Origin: Candidatus Bathyarchaeota archaeon
Lineage (GTDB): Archaea > Thermoproteota > Bathyarchaeia > Bathyarchaeales > Bathycorpusculaceae
DNA: 64,000 nt
NCBI GenBank assembly: GCA_013388905.1
Contig: JACAEI010000029.1
Span: forward strand, 6,773-70,772
Direction: 5' to 3'
Under the pieces are notes generated by a model. It searched no databases. It was not told the DNA's origin and was given only the letters and a program-made list of their open reading frames with translations. This document shows, piece after piece, positions 56,614-64,000 of this stretch (its first letter is position 1; every line of letters starts with the position of its first letter). Both the position numbers and the translations under genes were made by a program.

Positions 56614-57654
56614 TTAGTCTATTCCAAGCTTCTTTGTAATTTCTCCGTAAACCTTCAAAGCAGAGTTTTCGTCTTTAACGTTTTTTATGAGCATACGTCC
56701 GCCGTTGAATAGGCTAATTTCGAAATTTTTGTAGTTAAAAATTATCGCCAGCGAAGATTTAATGCGAATCCTAAAATGTTGTTTGATAGTTTCATATAGT
56801 TCATTAAGGCTTATGCTTAATGGTTTTTCCGGGTTAATGTTAACAGTGTCCCGTCCACATAACCAAACAAGTTTGCTTTGCTGTTCTGGTATAGCCACTG
56901 TAGCTTGACATGCAGGACAGTTTTCCCTTTTAAAAATATCTATAGTTGTGAAGTACATGTCGCTGAAATCACATATCATAAACTTGCCTTTCAAAGCTGA
57001 ACCAATGCCGGTCAGAATTTTTATGGTTTCCATCGCTTGCATAGTTCCAATTATGCCTGGAGTAACTCCAAGCACGCCGCGAACATCACATGTCAATAAA
57101 TAATCGTCTGTGATGCTTGGAAGGACACATTCCAAACATGGCGTTTCCGGCGAAGCAAAAACTGAAAGATTGCCTTCAATCCCTATGGCTGCCCCAAAGA
57201 TATATGGGATACCAAGCCTTGCGCATGTACGGTTAACCAAGTAACGTGTACGCATGTTATCTAAACCGTCAACAACACAGTCCATTCCAGAAAGAAGCTT
57301 CTCCACGTTATCAGCATTCAAGTTTTCAGGAACAGCCTCAACCTTTACCAGAGGGTTAGTTTCGCTTAATCGTTTAGCAGAAACCTCAACCTTTGGATAA
57401 TGCAAATCAGCTGGGCTGTACAGAACTTGCCTATGTAAATTCTGAATCTCCACAGTGTCTTGATCTATCAAACGCAAGTAGCCAACTCCAGCGAGCGCTA
57501 GATAAAGCGATGAAACTGTTCCTAAGCCGCCAAGCCCAATAACTGCAATCTTCGACTCGGCAAGCTTCTTCTGCCCCTTTCTGCCAAGCTCTTTCATGAC
57601 GATTTGGCGGCTGTAAAATTCGTTATAAAGCGACTTTTTCTTAGCTTTCGACAT
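56614..57654 (-). CDS. ThiF/MoeB/UbaA-type E1-like adenylyltransferase with about 95-aa non-rhodanese C-terminal domain
   Basis: GLGGLGT nucleotide loop, two CxxC zinc motifs (CLEC, CPAC), and a candidate catalytic-region Cys (TCDVRGVLG). ATG at 57654 lies 9 nt after AGGAGA. Confidence 0.85.
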   Translation of the reverse strand: MSKAKKKSLYNEFYSRQIVMKELGRKGQKKLAESKIAVIGLGGLGTVSSLYLALAGVGYLRLIDQDTVEIQNLHRQVLYSPADLHYPKVEVSAKRLSETNPLVKVEAVPENLNADNVEKLLSGMDCVVDGLDNMRTRYLVNRTCARLGIPYIFGAAIGIEGNLSVFASPETPCLECVLPSITDDYLLTCDVRGVLGVTPGIIGTMQAMETIKILTGIGSALKGKFMICDFSDMYFTTIDIFKRENCPACQATVAIPEQQSKLVWLCGRDTVNINPEKPLSISLNELYETIKQHFRIRIKSSLAIIFNYKNFEISLFNGGRMLIKNVKDENSALKVYGEITKKLGID

Positions 57655-57682
57655 TCTAAACAATCTCCTATTCTAACATGCT

Positions 57683-59377
57683 TTATTCAGCCTTATATCT
57701 ACCTTTTTTCAAAAACTGCTTTTCATAGATTTCCCTAACCCTCTGAATGGTGTCAGCTTCTTCAGGCATTTTATCATCTCTTATGCGACTTATTCTCGCA
57801 AACCGCAAAGCCATTCCACATTTGTATTTTGGACTTTTCTGAATCTCGTTGTACGTCACTTCAACAACTGTTTTCGGAGTCACAAACACTCTTCTATGCT
57901 CCTCTTTTATGGCTGATTCCTTAAGACGCTTAGTCATCTCGATAATTTCGGCATCAGTCAACCCTTTAAAGGTCTTACCTACCGCTAAGAATTCGCCAGA
58001 TTCCACATCACGCGCCGCCAGATAATAGTCTGAAAGCCACTCATGCCTACGACCGTAACCGTATTCCGCTGCGATAATTACCAAATCTAAGGGTTCAAGA
58101 ACAGGTTTTATCTTAAGCCATCGTTTTCCACGAACTCCCGGCGTATAGGGACTATCAGGTTTTTTCGCCATCAGCCCTTCATGTCCAGCGTCGATAGCCT
58201 CTTTAAGAAAACGTTCTGCCTCTTCAAGTTTATCCGTTACCAACTGCTTCGTTAATGGTATTCCGCCAACATTTTCTGCCAATATTTGTCTTCGGCGTGT
58301 ATAAGGAAGGGAAATTAGACTTTCACTATTGAGATATAAAATGTCAAACAGATACAACTTGGCAGGTATTCTTTCAGCCGCATCTTCTATGGCATGGACT
58401 CTTCGGAATCTACGCATCAAATGCTGAAAAGGAATAGGATAACCATGACTGTCAACCGCTATAACTTCGCCTTCCAATATTACTTCCTTCGCTGTAATGT
58501 TTTTTCTAGCTGTTTCGACAATTTCTGGCAAACTTTCAGTGACATCAGTCAGTCTCCTACTGAAAATTCGCACTTCATTATTGAGCTTGTGAATTTGAAC
58601 TCTAGCCCCATCCAATTTATGCTCAAAAGAGGTTTTTCCCTCATGCTCCTTCAAAGCTTCAGCAATGCCATCAGCCATCTGAGCCAGCATAAGCCCAACA
58701 GGCCTAAAAACCTTAAACTTAATTTTTGCCAATCCTTCTTTGCCTTGTGTTTTGGCAATAACAGCAACTTCGCCTATATCGCCAATGGTCATGCTTGCCT
58801 TCTGCACAGTATTCAGTGGAATCTGGAAAGCTTCAGAAACCGCCTGCTCCATTAACCCTTCGTGAAAGCCAGTCCGCATTTCACCTATGAAAATCTTAAT
58901 CAGGTACTTGGCTTCTAAAGGCGAAGCAAGGCTTAGCAAGGCTTCTATTAAGCGTTCCTTCTTTTCTCTGGAGCCAGCCCCAATTGTTTCAGCTATCGCC
59001 TCTAGACTGCGCCTAACTTCCGCTATTGTTAATGTTCTCTCAAAAAGCGTTACTTGCCTTTTGACCTTGGCTTCTTCAAAAACTGTTTTTGTGGCTGAAC
59101 CAACGTCGCCAGTTTTGCCGAAAGCATCTAAGAAGACTTTCCAATCGATGCCTGTTATACGTTTTATTATGTCGCTTAAGGTTGCCCAACTAACTTCGAG
59201 AGTTTGTTGACTCCATTTTGGAAAAGCCCTTCCAAGAATCATAGAAACTGCTGGCTCAACTTCCTGTGCTTCTAAATTCTTCAAAAAGTCTGCAACCATG
59301 TCTATCATAAGAAGACGCTTACGTGTTGCTCCCAATTTTTCGCACAGCTCAGCCAGAGCCTTGAAAGACGTTGCCAT
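57683..59377 (-). CDS. lig: ATP-dependent DNA ligase
   Basis: 564 aa with motif I EHKLDGARVQIH and further ligase motifs (EGEVIA, LFDILY, EGLMAK, WLKIK). Confidence 0.95.
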   Translation of the reverse strand: MATSFKALAELCEKLGATRKRLLMIDMVADFLKNLEAQEVEPAVSMILGRAFPKWSQQTLEVSWATLSDIIKRITGIDWKVFLDAFGKTGDVGSATKTVFEEAKVKRQVTLFERTLTIAEVRRSLEAIAETIGAGSREKKERLIEALLSLASPLEAKYLIKIFIGEMRTGFHEGLMEQAVSEAFQIPLNTVQKASMTIGDIGEVAVIAKTQGKEGLAKIKFKVFRPVGLMLAQMADGIAEALKEHEGKTSFEHKLDGARVQIHKLNNEVRIFSRRLTDVTESLPEIVETARKNITAKEVILEGEVIAVDSHGYPIPFQHLMRRFRRVHAIEDAAERIPAKLYLFDILYLNSESLISLPYTRRRQILAENVGGIPLTKQLVTDKLEEAERFLKEAIDAGHEGLMAKKPDSPYTPGVRGKRWLKIKPVLEPLDLVIIAAEYGYGRRHEWLSDYYLAARDVESGEFLAVGKTFKGLTDAEIIEMTKRLKESAIKEEHRRVFVTPKTVVEVTYNEIQKSPKYKCGMALRFARISRIRDDKMPEEADTIQRVREIYEKQFLKKGRYKAE

Positions 59378-59496
59378 GACGTTAACCTTTAAATAATGTA
59401 TACTTCAACCTATTATTTTTAGGCATATCAGGAATGAGCGTGAAGAATTTTTGCGAATATTGGAAAAAAGAAATTGTTAATTAGAGTTTCTATGTT

Positions 59497-59913
59497 TTAG
59501 AATGAAGCTTCCTCCAGCTTCGCTTTCACTTCTTTTATTTTCTTCTCGATTCCCTTGACTTTTTCCTTGTTTTTCATGGCATTGTAGCAGTCTCTAGCGT
59601 ATTCCAATGCACTAACGCCGTATCTGTCAAAGCCTTTATCGAAGGAAAGTTCAGCGGATTTCATGAAATGCTCAACCGCTTTTTCATAGTCCTTAAGCAT
59701 TAATGCGCTTTCGCCAGCCTTATAGAGCATAGAGGCAGAGTCAAAGAAATTGTTCGCTTTATGATACAATTCAGATGCGCGCAGTGCTTTTTCTTCAGCT
59801 TCTTTATATTTGCCAATTTCGTAGAGAGTATTAGCTTCCTTATGCAGCTTAACTGGGTCTTCTTTCACTTTTTCAGCCATAATAGCCAACTCCGAATTGC
59901 TATGTATCTGCAT
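59497..59913 (-). CDS. TPR-repeat protein
   Basis: 138 aa with three or four A-x-x-Y/F-x-x-A helical hairpin repeats. Confidence 0.55.
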   Translation of the reverse strand: MQIHSNSELAIMAEKVKEDPVKLHKEANTLYEIGKYKEAEEKALRASELYHKANNFFDSASMLYKAGESALMLKDYEKAVEHFMKSAELSFDKGFDRYGVSALEYARDCYNAMKNKEKVKGIEKKIKEVKAKLEEASF

Positions 59914-60012
59914 CTAACTCCCATTTAGACTTTCCCATTCTAAAAATCTTGAAGGCTAACGTTAAAAAGGATTCTACAAGAATATGAGCATTAAAATGTG
60001 GAGAAAAGTCGC

Positions 60013-60747
60013 ATGAAAATCTGTGATGCGCATGTGCACTTGGGAAAATCAGGACCTTGGCAACCCTACATTAATCCAACAATATATGTAGATGAGCTCT
60101 TGCGGCTATTCGACAAATATGATGTTGAAAAAGCCGTTGTGTTTCCGAACCCTAATGTGTGCGACAAATATCCAGAAATGAACAATTACATTGCCGAGTC
60201 TGTCAAGAAATATCCAAAACGTTTAATCGGTTTTGGACGTATTGACCCAAGAAGAGACGACGCCATAAAAGAGTTGAACCGTATAAAAAACCGTTTAGGC
60301 TTGACTGGGCTTAAGCTACATCCATTCGTCGAATGCTTCAGACCTGACCACCCATTTTTTGCCAAGTTTTTCAAGCAAGTCAACAAATTAGAGCTTCCAG
60401 TGTTGTTTCATTCTGGTGATGGCTTTTCCTCGCCAGGACTTATTTTGAAAATTGCTAAAAAGTATCCAAAACTGCCCATAATTCTTGCGCATCTACGAGA
60501 ACCAGCTGTTAGTGCTCTCAAAGAATGCGAGAATATTTACGTAGAGACTTCTGGCACTCTACCAGATTTCATTGAACTTTCAGCTGATATAGATGAAGAC
60601 CGTATATTATTCGGTTCTGATGTGCCCTATTATCGCTACCTAGTCCAAATAGCTATAGTTGAATCAGCCGAGATTTCCCAAAAGACCAAAAGGAAAATCT
60701 TCTATGATAACTTTCAAAAAATGTTTAACCAAAGAAAAGCAAAATGA
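60013..60747 (+). CDS. amidohydrolase-2 / TIM-barrel metal-dependent hydrolase
   Basis: MKICDAHVHLG, LHPF, FHSGD and GSDVPY motifs. ATG at 60013 lies 9 nt after GTGGAG. Confidence 0.75.
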   Translation: MKICDAHVHLGKSGPWQPYINPTIYVDELLRLFDKYDVEKAVVFPNPNVCDKYPEMNNYIAESVKKYPKRLIGFGRIDPRRDDAIKELNRIKNRLGLTGLKLHPFVECFRPDHPFFAKFFKQVNKLELPVLFHSGDGFSSPGLILKIAKKYPKLPIILAHLREPAVSALKECENIYVETSGTLPDFIELSADIDEDRILFGSDVPYYRYLVQIAIVESAEISQKTKRKIFYDNFQKMFNQRKAK

Positions 60748-60855
60748 GAAAAGCTGGTAGAAGTATTGCGGGTCCAGAGTACCATTCAAATTTGCCCAAA
60801 CGCTTGAAAAAGCCTAAAAAGTAGATGCCACCAATCCTATTCGGAGAGGCCATAA

Positions 60856-61599
60856 GTGAATGCTAAAAAAGATTCTACAAAGATAACTGTTAGGCTTGCA
60901 ATTGCATCTGTTTTCGCTGCTCTTGTATGCATCGCAACCATAATTTTTGTTATAAGTGTCCCTGCAACAACCGGATACTTCAACATAGGTGAAACAGTTA
61001 TTTACGTGGCAGCTTTGCTCTTCGGTCCATATGTAGGCGCGTTCGCTGGCGGTGTAGGCGCAGCCATTGCCGATATAATAGTCGCGCCTGTTTTTGCACC
61101 CGCCACGTTAGTAGTGAAAGGTTGCGAAGGTGCCATTGTAGGGTTTTTGAACAAGAAAATGTTCCCAAGCGCTCCAAAATCTAACTGGAGAATCTACACC
61201 ATACTGTTAGGAGTGGTTATAGGCGTGTTGCTCGCGGTAACTGGTTCTGTTACTATCAGCGGATATGTGGAGCTATACTGGGGCATTCCCCCACAGGAAA
61301 ATCCAACTTTAACGGGCTACATCCCGCCCGAAACATGGTATTTACTAGGAGGAATCGCTGCGTTACTTATCATTCTTATCGGCTTCAAAATGGAACCAGA
61401 ACTGGGGCGTTCTATTTTCTCCGTAATCGTGGGAGGTTTAGAAATGGTTGCAGGATATTTTCTCTACGAACAACTAGCGCTTAACAAAGCTGCAATTGTA
61501 GAGATTCCCATAAACATTGGACAGATGCTAATTGGATTAATTATTGCAATTCCAATTGTAAAGATTGTGTTGCGCAGCTTACCGCAACTTAAAAGCTGA
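60856..61599 (+). CDS. ECF-transporter S-component-like membrane protein
   Basis: FNIGETVIYVAALLFGPYVGAFAGGVGAAIADII pattern; about 6 TM helices. GTG start with GGAGAGG SD. Confidence 0.55.
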   Translation: MNAKKDSTKITVRLAIASVFAALVCIATIIFVISVPATTGYFNIGETVIYVAALLFGPYVGAFAGGVGAAIADIIVAPVFAPATLVVKGCEGAIVGFLNKKMFPSAPKSNWRIYTILLGVVIGVLLAVTGSVTISGYVELYWGIPPQENPTLTGYIPPETWYLLGGIAALLIILIGFKMEPELGRSIFSVIVGGLEMVAGYFLYEQLALNKAAIVEIPINIGQMLIGLIIAIPIVKIVLRSLPQLKS

Positions 61600-61628
61600 A
61601 AAGCGCAATTATTCCAAGAGGATTAAAA

Positions 61629-62645
61629 ATGAAACTACCGCTTGGCAAAATTCCTAAAAAAATCTTAGAGGAAGTGGTCTTCAAAAATCTTGGCATCAAA
61701 CGTAAGGAAGTTGTTTTGGGTCCTTCCGCAGGAATCGACGGTGCTGTCATAGACTTAGGCAATAAATCTTTGATTACTGCTATGGACCCTATAACAGGCG
61801 CGATAGAGCGAGTTGGCTGGCTTGCTGTAAACATTAACGCTAATGATGTTGCAACGTTCGGCGTTGAACCCATGTTCTTTTTGTCTTGTATTTTGCTTCC
61901 AGAGAAAGCAGACCGAAGAATTGTTGAGACAATATGCACACAGATGGACAAAGCCGCTAAAGAATTAAAAATAGCTATTGTCGGAGGACACTGCGAAGTA
62001 ACCCCTGAATTGGCAAATCCCGTAATTGTTGGCTGCACCATAAGCATAACGGAAAAGGGGAATTACGTAACAGCTGGCGACGCCAAACCTGGAGACAAGC
62101 TAATACTGACAAAGAGCGCAGGGATTGAAGGAACCGCAATTCTTGCTGCAGACAGAGAAAAATACTTAAAAAAAGTGCTTAACCTGACCATATTGCAAAA
62201 CGCAATAGATTTCTATAACTGTGTAAGCGTCGTCAAAGACGCAATCACAGCCTTTAAGACAGGAGGCGTAACTGCCATGCACGATCCAACAGAAGGTGGC
62301 ATACTTGGAGGAATACATGAAATGGCTGACGCCTCAAAAACCGGCGTAAAAGTCTTTGAAGAAAAAATCCCAATAGCGAAAGAAACAGTGGAAATCTGCA
62401 AGTTTTTTAAAATAGACCCGTTACAGCTAATAAGCTCTGGAGCGCTACTAATTGCTGCAAAACACAACTACGAGGAGAAAATTCTCAAAGGTTTAAGGAA
62501 AGAAAAAATAGAGGCTTCTGTGGTCGGTGAATTTCTTGACGCAAGAGATAAACGTTTACTAAAACGTAGAGATGGCAAAGAAACAACACTAATTCGCCCA
62601 AAATATGACCACTTGTGGCGCGCTTTACAGAAAAAACTCAAATAA
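61629..62645 (+). CDS. AIR synthase-related (PurM/ThiL/HypE-superfamily) ATP-utilising protein
   Basis: GIDGAVIDL, NINANDVATFGVEP and IVGGHCEV motifs. It lacks the C-terminal Cys of true HypE. Confidence 0.75.
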   Translation: MKLPLGKIPKKILEEVVFKNLGIKRKEVVLGPSAGIDGAVIDLGNKSLITAMDPITGAIERVGWLAVNINANDVATFGVEPMFFLSCILLPEKADRRIVETICTQMDKAAKELKIAIVGGHCEVTPELANPVIVGCTISITEKGNYVTAGDAKPGDKLILTKSAGIEGTAILAADREKYLKKVLNLTILQNAIDFYNCVSVVKDAITAFKTGGVTAMHDPTEGGILGGIHEMADASKTGVKVFEEKIPIAKETVEICKFFKIDPLQLISSGALLIAAKHNYEEKILKGLRKEKIEASVVGEFLDARDKRLLKRRDGKETTLIRPKYDHLWRALQKKLK

Positions 62646-62701
62646 AAATGGTTCATAACAATCAATAAGAAACTTGATTTGCTTGATAAAAGGGAAAAAC
62701 T

Positions 62702-63667
62702 ATGCTACAAACTCCACATTTAAGAAAAACCCTCGTAACTGGTGGAGCTGGATTTATAGGAAGCCACCTTGTAGACGCATTATGCAGAAATAAGATGGAA
62801 GTTGTTATATTTGACAATCTTAGCTCTGGAAAACTTGAAAACATAAAGCAATGGTTGGATATGCCAAACTTCAATTTTGAGCGAGTTGACTTATTAAAGT
62901 TAGAAAAAATTCAAAAACACTTGTCTGGATGTGAAACTGTTTTTCACTTAGCTGCTAATCCCGAAGTCAGAGTTGGCTCAACAGACCCTAAAGTGCATTA
63001 CGAGCAGAATATAACGGCAACCTTTAATCTTCTTGAGGCAGCTCGCAAAAATGGAAACATTAGGAATTTCGTTTTCACTTCCTCATCGACTGTTTACGGA
63101 GAAGCTGAAAAGATTCCAACCCCAGAGGATTATGCACCTCTCAAGCCCATATCTGTTTATGGCGCTTCCAAACTCGCTTCAGAGGCATTAATCACAAGCT
63201 ATGCTTACACCTATGGATTCAAAGCCATAATCTATCGCCTAGCCAACATTATAGGACCGAGAACCCAACATGGTGTTATATACGACTTCATAAACAAGCT
63301 AAGGAAGGATTCGAAAAAGCTGGAAATTCTTGGAGATGGCACTCAAACAAAATCATATTTAGACGTTGAAGACTGCGTAAATGCGATGCTTACAGGGATG
63401 AACCATCTTAACAACGGAGTGAAAATATATAACATAGGCTCAGAAGACCAAATCAACGTGAAAGAAATAGCAAACATCGTCTGCAAAGAAATGGGCTTAA
63501 AGAACGTTGATTACGTCTATTCAGGTGGCGTGGACTGTGGAAGAGGATGGAAAGGAGATGTCAAAATAATGTTGCTAAGCATTGAAAAGATTAAGGCTCT
63601 TGGATGGAAGCCTACTCTGAACAGTCTTGAAGCAGTTGAAAAGACTGCAAAAGCTCTATTGAAGTAA
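62702..63667 (+). CDS. NAD-dependent nucleotide-sugar epimerase/dehydratase
   Basis: VTGGAGFIGSHL, the SSSTVYG region, and YGASK (Y-x3-K). Confidence 0.9.
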   Translation: MLQTPHLRKTLVTGGAGFIGSHLVDALCRNKMEVVIFDNLSSGKLENIKQWLDMPNFNFERVDLLKLEKIQKHLSGCETVFHLAANPEVRVGSTDPKVHYEQNITATFNLLEAARKNGNIRNFVFTSSSTVYGEAEKIPTPEDYAPLKPISVYGASKLASEALITSYAYTYGFKAIIYRLANIIGPRTQHGVIYDFINKLRKDSKKLEILGDGTQTKSYLDVEDCVNAMLTGMNHLNNGVKIYNIGSEDQINVKEIANIVCKEMGLKNVDYVYSGGVDCGRGWKGDVKIMLLSIEKIKALGWKPTLNSLEAVEKTAKALLK

Positions 63668-63679
63668 AAGGAATGAGGT

Positions 63680-64000
63680 TTGCAAGAAAAAAGCAGAGGT
63701 TACCCGAGAATTTCAGTAGTAATTCCTGTGAAAAACGGGGAATCCCATATTCAAGAGCTTTTGGACTCGCTAATGCAAGTTGACTATGAAAAAGACAAAT
63801 TAGAAATCATAGTGGTAGACGGAAACTCCACTGATAAAACGAGAGAGATAGCCTCAAAATATCCAGTTAAGCTTTTCACAGAGGAACAACCAGGGCTGAA
63901 TGGTGCAAGAAACACTGGCTTAAGGCACAGCAATGGAGAGATCATAGCCTTCACAGATTTTGACTGTGTCATACCAAAAAACTGGGTGAAGAAAATTGTT
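63680..64000 (+). CDS. family 2 glycosyltransferase, N-terminal part (runs off window end)
   Basis: TTG at 63680, then MQEKSRGYPRISVVIPVKNGESHIQELLDSL...EIIVVDGNSTDKT...FTDFDC is the GT2 pattern. Not in the ORF track because truncated. Confidence 0.8.
   Translation, partial: MQEKSRGYPRISVVIPVKNGESHIQELLDSLMQVDYEKDKLEIIVVDGNSTDKTREIASKYPVKLFTEEQPGLNGARNTGLRHSNGEIIAFTDFDCVIPKNWVKKIV

Noticed and set aside
60748-60855. Riboswitch upstream of the ECF S-component-like gene
   Set aside because: I could not recognise a TPP, FMN, cobalamin or preQ1 consensus element, and no convincing conserved stem architecture is visible by eye.
61589-62047. 152-aa minus-strand ORF
   Set aside because: Antisense to the AIR-synthase-family gene.
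61629-62645. Calling the AIR-synthase-family protein HypE and linking it to the hydrogenase at 48-50 kb
   Set aside because: It lacks the C-terminal Cys that HypE carbamoylates and cyanates. It also lies 11 kb away, with no other hyp genes.

Overview
AT-rich, densely coded archaeal chromosomal segment, mostly core housekeeping genes on both strands. Recognised genes include aIF5B, Topo VI A/B, ABCE1, thermosome, RpoK, an archaeal histone, ATP-dependent DNA ligase, r-proteins S17e/S25e/S26e and tRNA-Cys. Interspersed are metabolic genes: a serine/glycerate cluster, TrpB2, ThrC-like, acyl-CoA dehydrogenase, dihydroorotase and CofE. There is also a two-subunit group-3-like [NiFe] hydrogenase, a CPH-type copper P-type ATPase and many HTH regulators. 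S25e plus S26e, Topo VI, a Tes-like radical SAM and frequent GGAGG-type Shine-Dalgarno sites suggest a TACK-type lineage such as Bathyarchaeia; this is a low-confidence guess. I found no CRISPR array, transposase, integrase or recognisable defence island. The points worth a second look are: (1) a ParB/Srx-fold protein translationally linked to TrpB2, facing an ACT-domain regulator across a 26-bp palindrome, possibly a serine kinase to O-phosphoserine to Trp module; (2) a 21-codon poly-Glu/Trp micro-ORF with a perfect SD upstream of ABCE1; (3) an rpoK gene, missed by the ORF track, that has no canonical start codon and lies in frame directly after the thermosome TAG stop; (4) an LDH/MDH gene cut by an in-frame TAG at the substrate-specificity position; (5) a divergent pair of Cys-rich HTH regulators with repeated TGACG palindromes next to a partner-less hydrogenase; (6) perfect tandem or palindromic operator-like repeats upstream of copB and other genes. 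All functional calls come from reading the translations by eye. No database search was run.
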